From: an uncultured Elusimicrobia bacterium
Lineage (GTDB): Bacteria > Elusimicrobiota > Elusimicrobia > Elusimicrobiales > UBA9959
Length of the DNA stretch: 64,000 nt
Direction of reading: 5' to 3'
Assembly: GCA_903879915.1 (NCBI GenBank)
Contig: CAIRNJ010000102.1
Coordinates: forward strand, 13,200-77,199
Shown: positions 51,787 to 63,145 of the stretch, piece by piece
How the letters are laid out: each line of letters opens with the position of its first letter
Numbering within the stretch: the first letter of the stretch is position 1
Notes under the pieces: model-generated
Seen by the model: the letters and a program-made list of their open reading frames with translations, nothing else
Databases searched by the model: none
What the model was told of the DNA's origin: nothing
Position numbers and translations under genes: made by a program

Positions 51787-51819
51787 GGGGGCGCGGCTTA
51801 AACGCGGCGCCCCCTTTTT
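51787..51819 (+). terminator. Rho-independent terminator/attenuator between rpsB and tsf
   Basis: GGGGGCGC ... GCGCCCCC stem (8 bp, 12-nt loop) followed by TTTTT. Confidence 0.55.
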
Positions 51820-51852
51820 AATACCCCCTATCAGACCTTAAGGAGAACGAAC

Positions 51853-52755
51853 ATGGCAATAACCAGCGAACAGGTGAGAGACCTCAGAGCCCAGACAGGC
51901 GCGGGCATAATGGACTGCAAAAGCGCCCTTAACGAATCCGCCGGAGACCTGGCCAAGGCGGTGGAACTCCTCCGCAAGAAAGGTCTGGCCGGGCTCGCCA
52001 AGCGCGCCGGGCGCACCATGAAGGAAGGCGTCGTGGTGGCCAAGACCTCCGCCGACGGCAAAACCTGCTCTTTCATCGAGATAAACTGTGAGACGGATTT
52101 CGTGGCCAAGAACCCGGCCGTTATCAATTTCGCCGGGACCCTGGCGCAGGATATGCTTACCGACGCGGCGCTGGCCAACCCGGCCGAGAGCGCGGCGGCC
52201 AAAGAGCGCCTGCAGGCCATCGCCATCACGATGGGCGAGAACATGCAGATACGCCGCGGCGTGGTGTACAGCACCGGTACCGATTCCGCCGCCAACTACT
52301 ACGTGCACTCCGACAACCGCAAAGGCGCCCTCGTGGAAATAGGCTTCGACGGGAACCTCGCCGCCGCCAGGCCCGAGCTGGAAGCCCTGGCCAAAGAGCT
52401 GGCCATGCAGAGCGTGGCCATGTCCCCCAAGTTCCTGCGCCGCGAAGAAGTTGACGCCGACGTGGTGGCCAAGGAGCGCGAGATCTACCGCGCCAAGATG
52501 ATCAAGGACGAAGAGGACGCCAAGGCCAAGGCCGCCGAGTTCGGCAAGCCCTACAAGGCCAAACCGCCCGAAGCCATGGAGAAGATGCTGGAAGGCCGCG
52601 TTAACAAGTATTTCCAGGAATCCTGCCTCCTCGAGCAGGCTTCCATACGCGACTCCAAAGTGACGGTGGCGCAGGTCGTAAAGAACCTTTCCGCGAAGCT
52701 GGGCGGCAACGTGACCGTAAAGCGGTTCCATTGCTATCTCGTCGGCATTGAGTGA
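51853..52755 (+). CDS. tsf: Elongation factor Ts
   Basis: MAITSEQVRDLRAQTGAGIMDCKSALNES (UBA-like N-terminus typical of EF-Ts). AAGGAG RBS. Confidence 0.95.
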   Translation: MAITSEQVRDLRAQTGAGIMDCKSALNESAGDLAKAVELLRKKGLAGLAKRAGRTMKEGVVVAKTSADGKTCSFIEINCETDFVAKNPAVINFAGTLAQDMLTDAALANPAESAAAKERLQAIAITMGENMQIRRGVVYSTGTDSAANYYVHSDNRKGALVEIGFDGNLAAARPELEALAKELAMQSVAMSPKFLRREEVDADVVAKEREIYRAKMIKDEEDAKAKAAEFGKPYKAKPPEAMEKMLEGRVNKYFQESCLLEQASIRDSKVTVAQVVKNLSAKLGGNVTVKRFHCYLVGIE

Positions 52756-52835
52756 ACTAACGGACCGGGAACGGGGAGCGGCGCTCCGCGCCGCCTCCCC
52801 CCGCCCCGGGCTTTTGGGGTACTAAAGGGGCAAAC

Positions 52836-53546
52836 ATGTACAAGCGCGTCCTTCTTAAACTCTCGGGCGAAGCGCTGGGCAGCGCCGGAGACGGCCGTTC
52901 CATCAACCCCGCCTCCCTCACCTATATCGCCAAAGAGATAGCCAAGGCCCGGCTGCGCGGCACGCAGCTCGCCATCGTTATCGGCGGCGGCAATATCTGG
53001 CGCGGCGCGCGCGACGGCCACGGCATGATAGACCGCGTCACTTCCGACAACATGGGGATGCTGGCCACCATCATAAACGCCATGGCGCTGCAGTCGGCGC
53101 TGGAGCACGAGGGCGTCTCCACCCGCGTGCAGACCGCCATCGAGATCTCCCGCCTCGCGGAGCCTTTCATACGGCGCCGCGCCATGCGCCATCTTGAAAA
53201 GGGCCGCGTGGTGATCTTCGCCGGCGGCAGCGGCAATCCCTATTTCACCACCGATACCGCGGCGGCCCTGCGCGCGGCCGAAATAAACGCGGACGTTATT
53301 TTCAAGGCCACGCAGGTGGACGGCGTTTACACCGGCGACCCCAAGAAAGACCCGAAGGCGAAGCTGATAAAGGACATCACCTATATGTCCGCCATCAGCA
53401 AAGGCCTGAAGTTCATGGACGCCAGCGCGCTGACGCTCTGCATGGAGAACAGCATCCCGATACTGGTCTTCAACCTGCATACGGCGGGCAACATCCGCAA
53501 GGCGATGGCCGGCGCGAAGACCGGCACCCTCATACGCCACGAGTGA
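52836..53546 (+). CDS. pyrH: UMP kinase
   Basis: [13 protein letters not shown]...[10 protein letters not shown] motifs. Confidence 0.95.
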   Translation: MYKRVLLKLSGEALGSAGDGRSINPASLTYIAKEIAKARLRGTQLAIVIGGGNIWRGARDGHGMIDRVTSDNMGMLATIINAMALQSALEHEGVSTRVQTAIEISRLAEPFIRRRAMRHLEKGRVVIFAGGSGNPYFTTDTAAALRAAEINADVIFKATQVDGVYTGDPKKDPKAKLIKDITYMSAISKGLKFMDASALTLCMENSIPILVFNLHTAGNIRKAMAGAKTGTLIRHE

Positions 53547-53549
53547 CCT

Positions 53550-54125
53550 ATGGAAGATAAAATATCTCTCGCTATCCGGATGCATCAGCAGGCAGCGGCC
53601 GCCCTGGCCGCGGATACTTCCGCTATAAAAGCCATCGCCGCCGCGCTGTCCGCCACGGCGCTGGCCGGCGGAAAGATCCTGATCTGCGGCAACGGCGGCT
53701 CCGCCGCCGACAGCCAGCACATAGCTGGCGAATTCGTGGGCCGCTTCAAGAAAGAGCGCCGCGCCATAGCCGCGGTGGCCCTTTCCACCGACACCTCCGT
53801 GCTTACCTGCGTGGGCAACGACTACGGTTTCGACAGTATTTTTTCGCGCCAGGTGGAGGCCCTGGGGCGGCGCGGCGACGCGCTGCTCGCCATCTCCACC
53901 TCCGGCTCCAGCCCCAACGTGCTGGCCGCAGTGAAGCAGGCCCGGGCGGCAGGCATGCTTACCGTCGGCTTCACGGGCAGGAACGGCGGGGCTATCCTGG
54001 AGTACTGCGACCTGGCTTTCCTGGCGCCCGAGACGGATACGCCGCGCGTACAGGAAATGCATATCCTGGCCGCCCATATAATCTGCGGGCTGGTGGAAGA
54101 CGCAGTGGCGGCCGAAAAGCGGTAA
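53550..54125 (+). CDS. gmhA: SIS-domain protein, phosphoheptose isomerase GmhA/DiaA-like
   Basis: [23 protein letters not shown] and [15 protein letters not shown] motifs. 191 aa. Confidence 0.6.
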   Translation: MEDKISLAIRMHQQAAAALAADTSAIKAIAAALSATALAGGKILICGNGGSAADSQHIAGEFVGRFKKERRAIAAVALSTDTSVLTCVGNDYGFDSIFSRQVEALGRRGDALLAISTSGSSPNVLAAVKQARAAGMLTVGFTGRNGGAILEYCDLAFLAPETDTPRVQEMHILAAHIICGLVEDAVAAEKR

Positions 54126-54224
54126 GCGCCCCGGCCGGGGCGTCCAATCCTGCACTCGAAATATAATATAATTATCAATGTCCGGCGGGGTCGTAAGCCC
54201 GCTGCGCGGACAGGAGGATCTTTT

Positions 54225-54794
54225 ATGGCCGAATCATCCATTGCCGATATCATTTCCGGCGCGGAGATGGAAATGCTGGAGAAAGTCGATAAATTTAAAA
54301 GGGAGCTCACTTCGCTGCGTACCGGCCGGGCCAACCCGCAGCTGCTGGACTCCATACAGGTGGAGTATTACGGCTCCAGGGTGCCGCTCAAGCAGGTGGC
54401 CTCCGTTTCCGTCCCCGAGCCCCGCACCCTCGAGGTCAGGGCCTGGGACGCCGGCGCGCTCGACGCCATAGAGGCGGAGCTTAACAAGATGGATTTCGGC
54501 TCCTCCCCCTCCCGCAACGGCGGAGTGATACGCATAAACCTCCCCCCTATGACCGAGGACCAGCGCAAGAAGATGGTCAAGATAGTGCACAACATGGGAG
54601 AGGATTCCCGCGTGCAGATGCGCAATATCCGCCGCGAGGTGCTTGAGAAGATAAAAAAGGCGCAGAAAGCCGGCGAGGTGACCGAGGACGATCTCGAGCG
54701 CTACGAGATAGAAGTGCAGAAGCACACCGACGCTTACGTCAAGAACGTGGACGATGTCGTAGCCGCGAAAGAAAAAGAACTGCTTACGGTCTGA
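54225..54794 (+). CDS. frr: Ribosome recycling factor
   Basis: LTSLRTGRANPQLLDSIQVEYYG and the PPMTEDQRKKMVK motif. AGGAGG RBS. Confidence 0.95.
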   Translation: MAESSIADIISGAEMEMLEKVDKFKRELTSLRTGRANPQLLDSIQVEYYGSRVPLKQVASVSVPEPRTLEVRAWDAGALDAIEAELNKMDFGSSPSRNGGVIRINLPPMTEDQRKKMVKIVHNMGEDSRVQMRNIRREVLEKIKKAQKAGEVTEDDLERYEIEVQKHTDAYVKNVDDVVAAKEKELLTV

Positions 54795-54854
54795 GGCTCC
54801 CGGCCGCCGGCGCAGGGCGCGGAGCTCCGCGCCGCGCCGGGCACATATCTGAAA

Positions 54855-55568
54855 ATGTCTGTCGCGCAAAACGCCAATACACTCGATCCCGCCCGCCTGC
54901 CGGCCCACGTGGCCGTGATCATGGACGGCAACCGGCGCTGGGCTAAACAGCGCGGCCTGCCCGCGGTGGCCGGGCACCGCGCCGGCGTGAAGTCAGTTCA
55001 CGCGGTGGTGCGCGCCGCCAGCCGCGCCGGCATTAAGGCCCTGACCATTTACGCTTTCTCCACCGAGAACTGGCGGCGCTCGAAGCTGGAAGTGGCCGCG
55101 CTGATGTTCCTGCTGAAAAGGACCATCACCGCGTACGCGGACGAACTGGACAGGGAAGGCATACGCCTTATGTACAGCGGCCGCGTAGACGAACTGCCGA
55201 AGCCTGCCCGCCTCGCGCTGCGCGCCGCCGAAGCGCGCCTGGCGGCCAATACCGGCATGACGCTCAACATCGCCCTTAATTACGGCGGCCGCCAGGAGAT
55301 ACTCGACGCCGCCAACCGGGCGCTGGCCGCCGGGCTTAAGAACCTCGACGAGAAGACTTTCTCCGGGCTGCTGCAGACCGCGCCGCTGCCCGACCCCGAC
55401 CTGCTGATACGCACTTCGGGGGAGATGCGCATTTCCAATTTTCTGCTCTGGCAGACGGCCTACTCCGAGTTCTACTTCACCGATACGCTCTGGCCGGATT
55501 TCAGGGAGAAAGAACTGCTGAAGGCGCTGAGCGCCTACCAGGAAAGAGAACGGAGGAAAGGAACCTGA
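54855..55568 (+). CDS. uppS: Ditrans,polycis-undecaprenyl-diphosphate synthase
   Basis: HVAVIMDGNRRWA, FSTENWRR, and RTSGEMRISNFLLWQ. Confidence 0.95.
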   Translation: MSVAQNANTLDPARLPAHVAVIMDGNRRWAKQRGLPAVAGHRAGVKSVHAVVRAASRAGIKALTIYAFSTENWRRSKLEVAALMFLLKRTITAYADELDREGIRLMYSGRVDELPKPARLALRAAEARLAANTGMTLNIALNYGGRQEILDAANRALAAGLKNLDEKTFSGLLQTAPLPDPDLLIRTSGEMRISNFLLWQTAYSEFYFTDTLWPDFREKELLKALSAYQERERRKGT

Positions 55569-56376
55569 TGCTATTACCCAGAGTCATGACGGCGTTGTTC
55601 GGCATCCCCGCGGTAGTGCTGCTTATCCGGGCCGGCGGCCCGGCCTACGCGGTTTTCGTATTCGCCATAATCTTCCTTTCCCTGTACGAATACGCCACGC
55701 TGATGAAGATCGGCTCCAAGCCCGTACAGGTCCCCTCTCTGTTCCTGTTCGGCCTGCTGCTGCCGGCCGCCCTTTATTTCGACCATTATTCCGCGGCGCA
55801 GGCCGGCGGGGATAATTTCACCGGCTTCTTCATCGCGCTGACGGTCATCGGAGTGATGTCCTATGAGCTGTTCTCCGCGCAGAAATATCTGGAGCGCATC
55901 GGGCTTACGCTGCTGGGCATCTTCATGATCTCCTGGTGCATGTTCCACCTGATAGCCATCCGCGGCCTGCGGCCCGACGGGATGGCGCTCACCTTCCTGC
56001 TTATCGTCACGGTGTGGGTGATGGATACGGCGGCTTACTTTTTCGGCAAATCCATGGGCCGGCGGCAGCTGTCCTCCATCAGCCCTAAAAAGACCTGGGA
56101 AGGGGCCGCGGCCGGGTTCATCGCGGCCATAGCCACCGCCCTGGGCATAGCGAAGCTTTCCGGCGGCCTGATCTCGCCCTATTCCGCGGCCGGCGCCGGC
56201 GTGCTGATAGGCGTCTTCGGCCAGCTTTCCGACATCGCCGAGTCCATGCTCAAGCGCGCGGTGGGCGCCAAGGACTCGTCGAACCTGCTGCCGGGCCACG
56301 GCGGGATCCTCGACCGCTTCGACTCCTATATCTTCCTCGCCCCGGTGATCTATTATTACGCGGTGTTCACCAGATA

Positions 56377-56377
<1 letters not shown>
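55568..56377 (+). CDS. cdsA: Phosphatidate cytidylyltransferase
   Basis: Polytopic membrane protein. SPKKTWEG and ESMLKRAVGAKDSSNLLPGHGGILDRFDS signature. Confidence 0.9.
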
Positions 56378-57549
<1,172 letters not shown>

Positions 57550-57551
57550 TA

Positions 57552-58691
57552 ATGATCATATCTATAATAGCCGTACTGTTCACTTTCGGGCTGGTTATTT
57601 TCCTGCACGAGTTCGGCCACTTCATAGTATGCAAGCTCGTCGGCATAAGGGTCGACGCGTTCTCTTTCGGCTTCGGCAAGGAGCTGCTGGGCTTTACCCG
57701 TGGCGATACGCATTATTCCGTAAGGCTGATCCCTCTCGGCGGCTACGTGAAACCGGCCGGCGAGGATCTCGAGGAAGAGACCGGCGGGCAGGAAAAGCCG
57801 GCGGAGGGCCCCGGGGCTTCCGCCGTGCCGGCCCCTGACATGTATTTCGCCAAGCCCTGGTACGTCAGGCTTGGCGTGGTCCTGGCCGGGCCAGCGATGA
57901 ACTATCTGCTCGCGTTCGCTCTTTTCTCCGGCGTTATCCTGACCGTGGGAGAGCCTACCCCCTCTGACGAGCCCGTGCTGGACGAGATAACCGCCGGTTC
58001 CCCCGCCGAAGCCGCCGGCCTGAAGAACGGGGACCGCATCCTTAAAGTGGCCGGCACGGAGGTCGCCTCCTGGGACGTCATGGCGTCGGCCATCCGCTCG
58101 AGCCTCGGCCGGGAGATCACCATCGTCTACCGCCGCGGCACGGCGGAGACCGCGGTGAAGCTTGTGCCCCGCCCCGCCCCCGGCGACGCCGCGCAGGGAG
58201 CGATAGGCGTGGCCCGGAAAGTATATTACAAGAGCGTCCCGGCGTTCAAAGGCCTGGCCATGGGCCTGCACCAGTGCTGGTATTGGACCGCTTTCACCGT
58301 TAAGACGCTGTCCGCGAATATCACCAAGCGCCAGAAGCCCGACCTGGCCGGGCCCATAGGCATCGTGAACATCGTCAGCAAGGCCGCCCACACCGGGCTG
58401 GCCGACCTGATCTTCCTGATCGGGCTTATCTCGGTGGCGGTCGGCTTCTTCAACCTGCTGCCCATCCCGCTGCTGGACGGCGGCTGGGCGGTGCTTTTCG
58501 TGTTCGAAGGCGTATTCAGGCGCCGCATAACTCCGGTGATAATGAAATACGTCAACGGCGCCGGCATCGGCCTGCTGATGACCATCCTGCTGTTCGCCAC
58601 CTACAGCGACCTGATGCGCATAAAGACCTCCCATGACGCGAAGAAGGCCGCGGCGGCCGCGCAGGCCGTGCCTGCCGGCGGGGACAAGTAG
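57552..58691 (+). CDS. rseP: RIP site-2 zinc metalloprotease (M50, RseP family)
   Basis: HEFGHF motif in TM1, a PDZ-like segment (GSPAEAAGLKNGDRIL), and NLLPIPLLDGG. Confidence 0.9.
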   Translation: MIISIIAVLFTFGLVIFLHEFGHFIVCKLVGIRVDAFSFGFGKELLGFTRGDTHYSVRLIPLGGYVKPAGEDLEEETGGQEKPAEGPGASAVPAPDMYFAKPWYVRLGVVLAGPAMNYLLAFALFSGVILTVGEPTPSDEPVLDEITAGSPAEAAGLKNGDRILKVAGTEVASWDVMASAIRSSLGREITIVYRRGTAETAVKLVPRPAPGDAAQGAIGVARKVYYKSVPAFKGLAMGLHQCWYWTAFTVKTLSANITKRQKPDLAGPIGIVNIVSKAAHTGLADLIFLIGLISVAVGFFNLLPIPLLDGGWAVLFVFEGVFRRRITPVIMKYVNGAGIGLLMTILLFATYSDLMRIKTSHDAKKAAAAAQAVPAGGDK

Positions 58692-58693
58692 GC

Positions 58694-59797
58694 ATGAAGG
58701 AAGATCTCCGTCCGGGCAAACCCCGTAAAACCCGTCTTGTTAAAGCCGGCAGCGTTCCCATCGGCGGGGGCAGCCGCATTTCCGTGCAGTCGATGTGCAA
58801 TACCGACACCCGCGACCTGAAAGCGACGGTAGACCAGATACGCCGCCTCGAAGCGGCCGGCTGCGAGCTGATCCGCGTGGCCGTGCCCGATATGGACGCC
58901 GCGCTGAACCTGGGCCGCATCAAGCGCGCCATTTCCATCCCGCTGGTGGCGGACATCCATTTCGACTGGCGCCTGGCGGTGGAAGCCGTGCGCCAGGGCG
59001 TGGACAAGGTGCGCATAAACCCGGGGAATATAGGCGAGCGCGACAAAGTTAAAGAGGTCGTCGGCGCCTGCAGGTCGGCGGGCGTAGCGATACGCATTGG
59101 CGTGAACGCCGGTTCGCTCAAGGCGCTGAAAGAGACGCCCAAACCGCGCTGGACCCCGGCGCAATGGGCCCGGCTGATGGTGCGCGAGGCTTTGGACGAG
59201 GTGCGGGCGCTGGAGCGGCTGGACTTCCGCGCCATAGTGGTTTCCCTGAAGGCCGACGACATAGAGCGCACCGTGCTGGCCAATACCCTTTTCGCCGCCA
59301 AGTCGGACATTCCCCTCCATCTCGGCGTGACCGAGGCGGGCAGCTTCCTGGCCGGCACGGTGAAGTCCGCGCTGGGCATCGGCTCGCTGCTGGGGCGCGG
59401 CATAGGCGATACCGTGCGCGTTTCGCTTACCGAAGACCCCGCCATGCAGGTGCGCGCCGCCTACGAGATACTCAAATGCCTGGGCCTGCGCCGTTACGGC
59501 CCCGACCTGGTGTCCTGCCCCACCTGCGGCCGCTGCCAGGTGAACGTGGGGAAGGTGATCCACGAGCTCGAGGAACGGATCTATGCCGACAGCAACCTGC
59601 GCAAGGACGCCGAGGGCCTGAAGATAGCCGTGATGGGCTGCGTGGTCAACGGCCCCGGCGAGGCCCGCTCCGCCGACTTCGGCGTGGCCGGCGGCAAAGG
59701 CCGCGGCGTCTGGATAGAGAAAGGCAAGCAGATCCGGGTAGTGAAAGAATCCGAGTGGGTCAACGAAGTTATACGCAAGATACGAAATTCCAAATAG
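58694..59797 (+). CDS. ispG: 4-hydroxy-3-methylbut-2-en-1-yl diphosphate synthase
   Basis: VQSMCNTDTRD, RVAVP, RINPGNIG, and the Cys cluster SCPTCGRC...GCVVNGPGE. Confidence 0.95.
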   Translation: MKEDLRPGKPRKTRLVKAGSVPIGGGSRISVQSMCNTDTRDLKATVDQIRRLEAAGCELIRVAVPDMDAALNLGRIKRAISIPLVADIHFDWRLAVEAVRQGVDKVRINPGNIGERDKVKEVVGACRSAGVAIRIGVNAGSLKALKETPKPRWTPAQWARLMVREALDEVRALERLDFRAIVVSLKADDIERTVLANTLFAAKSDIPLHLGVTEAGSFLAGTVKSALGIGSLLGRGIGDTVRVSLTEDPAMQVRAAYEILKCLGLRRYGPDLVSCPTCGRCQVNVGKVIHELEERIYADSNLRKDAEGLKIAVMGCVVNGPGEARSADFGVAGGKGRGVWIEKGKQIRVVKESEWVNEVIRKIRNSK

Positions 59798-59826
59798 GGG
59801 CCGGCGGGCCCGGCAGGCAGGTCCAG

Positions 59827-61572
59827 ATGAAGCTTTCCAGATATTTTCTCCCCACGCTGCGCGAGGCGCCGCAGGACGCGGACAATGTGTCCGTGAAGCT
59901 GATGTTCCGGGCCGGCATGATACGCAAGCTCGCCAGCGGCATCTATGAATGGCTGCCGCTGGGCCTGCGCGTGCTGCAGAAAATAGAGAATATAGTGCGC
60001 GAAGAGCTGAACCGCGTGGACGGCCAGGAAGTGCGGCTGCCGGTGATACAGCCCAAGGAACTCTGGATGGAAACGGGCCGCTGGCAGGTCTACGGCAAGG
60101 AATTGCTACGCCTCGCCGACCGCAAGGAGTCCGAGTTCTGTTTCGCCCCTACGGCCGAGGAAGTGATAACCAATATGGTGCGCCGGGACGTCGGCTCCTG
60201 GCGGCAGCTGCCTCTCCTGCTTTACCAGTTCGGCCTGAAGTTCCGCGACGAGATCCGCCCCCGCTTCGGCGTGATGCGCTCCCGCGAGTTCCTGATGAAG
60301 GACGCCTACTCCTTCCACGCCTCCGACGAGGACGCGCAGAAATGGTACGGCATACTTTACGGCGCGTACGAAAGGATCTTCACCCGCTGCGGCCTGGACT
60401 TCAAGGCCGTGGAGGCCGACAGCGGCCCTATCGGCGGCAGCCATTCCCACGAGTTCATGGTGCTGGCCGATACCGGCGAGGCGGAGATATCCCTCTGCGA
60501 ATGCGGCTACGCCGCCAATACCGAGAAGGCCGAAGTGTCCGAAGCCCCGGCCCGCCGGGCCGACCCCGCCAGGCTGGAACCGGTGCGGGAAGTTCCTACA
60601 CCAGGCCGCTATACCGTAGAGGACGTAGCCGGGTTCCTTAAGATGAACCCGAAACAATTCATCAAGACCCTGTTCTTCCTTGCGGACGGAGAGCCGGTGC
60701 TGGCGCTGGTGCGCGGCGACCATGAACTTAACGAAAACAAGCTGCGCCGTTTCCTCGGCGCCAGGGAACTTGAAAAAGCCCCCGCGCACATTTACGAGGC
60801 CATAGCGGGCTGCCCCGCCGGCTTTGCCGGCCCGGTGGACATAAAGAACCGGTACGTTCCCGCCAAGGACACGAAGCCGCTCTCGAAGGTCATAGCCGAC
60901 CACGCGCTGAAGAACGTTTTTAACGGCGTTTCCGGCGCCAACAGGAACGACACTCACGCCACCGGCATAAACCTGGGCCGCGACTACGCCCCTGACGCTT
61001 TCGCCGACATCCACGCGGCCGCGGCCGGCGACCTCTGCCCGAAATGCGCCAAGCCGCTGGCCTTCACGCGGGGCATAGAAGTGGGGCAGACCTTCAAGCT
61101 GGGCACCAAGTATTCCGGGCCGCTCAAATGCAACTTCGTCGACGAGCACCAGAAGGAGCTGCCTATGGTGATGGGCTGCTACGGCATAGGCGTCACCCGC
61201 ACCGCGGCCGCCGCCATAGAGGCCGGGCACGACGACTGGGGCATAATCTGGCCCCCCTCCATAGCCCCTTTCGAGTTCTCGCTGATCAGCATCGAGAGCG
61301 CGGACCAGGCCGTGGCGGACGCCTCAGCCGCGGTCTACGCGGCCGTAAAAGCGGAGGGCATGGAAGCCCTCTGGGACGACCGCGACGAGCGCCCCGGGGT
61401 GAAGTTCAAGGACGCCGACCTGATAGGCCTGCCCTGGCGCGTGGTGGTCAGCTCCAAAACGCTCCGGAACGGAGAATGCGAATTCAAGCGCCGCGCGGAA
61501 AAGGCCGCGGTGCGCTGGAAACTGGCCGAGGTGCCGGCCAGGCTTAAGGAACTCAGGGCGGAGATAAAATAA
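59827..61572 (+). CDS. proS: Proline--tRNA ligase
   Basis: Start ATG 59827 (MKLSRYFLPTLREAP...). FRDEIRPRFGVMRSREFLMKDAYSF class II motif 2 region. The upstream part of track ORF 59164.. overlaps ispG and is rejected. Confidence 0.95.
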   Translation: MKLSRYFLPTLREAPQDADNVSVKLMFRAGMIRKLASGIYEWLPLGLRVLQKIENIVREELNRVDGQEVRLPVIQPKELWMETGRWQVYGKELLRLADRKESEFCFAPTAEEVITNMVRRDVGSWRQLPLLLYQFGLKFRDEIRPRFGVMRSREFLMKDAYSFHASDEDAQKWYGILYGAYERIFTRCGLDFKAVEADSGPIGGSHSHEFMVLADTGEAEISLCECGYAANTEKAEVSEAPARRADPARLEPVREVPTPGRYTVEDVAGFLKMNPKQFIKTLFFLADGEPVLALVRGDHELNENKLRRFLGARELEKAPAHIYEAIAGCPAGFAGPVDIKNRYVPAKDTKPLSKVIADHALKNVFNGVSGANRNDTHATGINLGRDYAPDAFADIHAAAAGDLCPKCAKPLAFTRGIEVGQTFKLGTKYSGPLKCNFVDEHQKELPMVMGCYGIGVTRTAAAAIEAGHDDWGIIWPPSIAPFEFSLISIESADQAVADASAAVYAAVKAEGMEALWDDRDERPGVKFKDADLIGLPWRVVVSSKTLRNGECEFKRRAEKAAVRWKLAEVPARLKELRAEIK

Positions 61573-61576
61573 CCAT

Positions 61577-62161
61577 ATGGACGATCTGTTCAATAACGCG
61601 GTTTTCATGCGCGGCGCTTTGGACGCCGTTCCTTCCATCCTGCTGGTGGTCGACGAAGACGTCCGCGTCTTTTACCGCAATAACGCCGCCAGGGCGCTGC
61701 TGAAGGGCGAGAAGATCTACGGCGACCGCGCCGGGACGATAATGCGCTGCATCCACTCCGAGGACGTGCCGGCCGGCTGCGGCCGGGGCCCCAGCTGCGG
61801 CGACTGCGCGGTGCGCAACGCGGTCAACGACGTTTTTGCCGGGAAGGCGGTGCGCCGCCGGCGCACTGATATCTCCGTAAAGGCCGGCAAAAAAACCTTG
61901 CGCATTCCCGCCCTGGTTTCAGCCTCCGTATTCACTTTGGAGGGGAAGCGGTATTCCCTGCTGGTCATAGAGGATATCTCGGAGCTTATCGAGCTGCGTT
62001 TGCTTTTGCCCATCTGCGCCGCCTGCAAGAAGATCCGCAATGAGGACGGTCAGTGGGAAAGCATCGAGATCTATCTGAAGAAGCATCTCCCTGAAGCCAA
62101 TCTTACCCACGGCCTCTGCCAGGCGTGCGCCAGAAAACTGTATCCGGACCATTCGGACTAA
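61577..62161 (+). CDS. Stand-alone PAS-like sensor protein with two Cys clusters
   Basis: 194 aa. PAS-like core (ILLVVDEDVRVFYRNNAA...LLVIEDISE). Cluster CIHSEDVPAGCGRGPSCGDC. C-terminal PICAACKKIRNEDGQWESIEIYLKKHLPEANLTHGLCQACARKLYP. Confidence 0.6.
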   Translation: MDDLFNNAVFMRGALDAVPSILLVVDEDVRVFYRNNAARALLKGEKIYGDRAGTIMRCIHSEDVPAGCGRGPSCGDCAVRNAVNDVFAGKAVRRRRTDISVKAGKKTLRIPALVSASVFTLEGKRYSLLVIEDISELIELRLLLPICAACKKIRNEDGQWESIEIYLKKHLPEANLTHGLCQACARKLYPDHSD

Positions 62162-62206
62162 GAAGCCGGCCGGCCGTAACGGACAGCCGCTTTTTTTCCG
62201 CGCGCG

Positions 62207-62234
62207 GCCGCCTTTCGGACCGGCGGCCTTTTTC
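62207..62234 (+). terminator. Rho-independent terminator after the PAS/Cys-rich gene
   Basis: GGCCGCC-tttcggacc-GGCGGCC followed by TTTTT. Confidence 0.55.
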
Positions 62235-62318
62235 CTTTATTTGCCCCCCCGCATTTGTTAGAATTTTTAGATAGGAAGAGCGCGGCCCGGCGGCCGGGCC
62301 GAACCCGGAGGAATTACA

Positions 62319-63134
62319 ATGAAACCCAATGACTTTATGAAATTAATGGCTGGTGCCAAAATGTACGACCTTACCCAGCCGCTGAGCATACATACCCCCC
62401 CCTGGCCCAGCTACATGCCGCTCGGCCTGCAGTATTTCAAGCGCATAGCCGGCGCGCACATGGGGCAGGGCGCCAACGGCCAGATCATGACCACCTCCAA
62501 CCACGTGGGCACGCACATGGACGGCGAGATACATTTTTACAGCGCCGGCCGCACCATCGGCGAAGTGCCTATGAAAGAATGGATAGGCAACGCCGTGGTG
62601 GCCGACATTTCCAGGGACGTGGGCGATTACGACCTGTACGAGCCGGAACTGCTGATGAAGCGCGCCGACATCCGCAAGGGCGACATCCTGATCATCAATA
62701 CCGGCTATCACAAGTACGCCTGGTACGAAAAAGGGACCTGCGACGAGGTGCGCTATTTCTGCAAGCACCCCGGGCCGGGCCCCCGCTTCCATAAATGGGC
62801 GCTGGACATGAAGTTCAAATGGATAGGAGTGGACTGCGGCTCGGCCGACCACCCGATGAACACCATCATCCGCAACTGGCACCCGAAGCTCTTCGTGGAA
62901 GCCGAGAACAAGCTGGTGGCAAACTACGGCAAGAAATGGGACGAGCTCTTCCCCCAGGATATTTATTACCAGGTCATGCACCTGAAGCTGTTCCCCAAAC
63001 GCCTGGTCCACGCCGAGAACATCGGCGGCGAAATAGACAAGCTTTCCAACAAGCGCTGCTGGCTGGGCTTCTTCCCGCTGAAAGGGATGGAACTGGAATC
63101 CGCCATGGGGCGCGTGGTAGCCTGGACGGCGTAA
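62319..63134 (+). CDS. Cyclase-family (kynurenine formamidase-like, PF04199-type) metal hydrolase
   Basis: SNHVGTHMDGEIHF (HxGTHxDxxxH motif). GGAGG RBS. 271 aa. Confidence 0.7.
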   Translation: MKPNDFMKLMAGAKMYDLTQPLSIHTPPWPSYMPLGLQYFKRIAGAHMGQGANGQIMTTSNHVGTHMDGEIHFYSAGRTIGEVPMKEWIGNAVVADISRDVGDYDLYEPELLMKRADIRKGDILIINTGYHKYAWYEKGTCDEVRYFCKHPGPGPRFHKWALDMKFKWIGVDCGSADHPMNTIIRNWHPKLFVEAENKLVANYGKKWDELFPQDIYYQVMHLKLFPKRLVHAENIGGEIDKLSNKRCWLGFFPLKGMELESAMGRVVAWTA

Positions 63135-63145
63135 CGAAACCCGGG

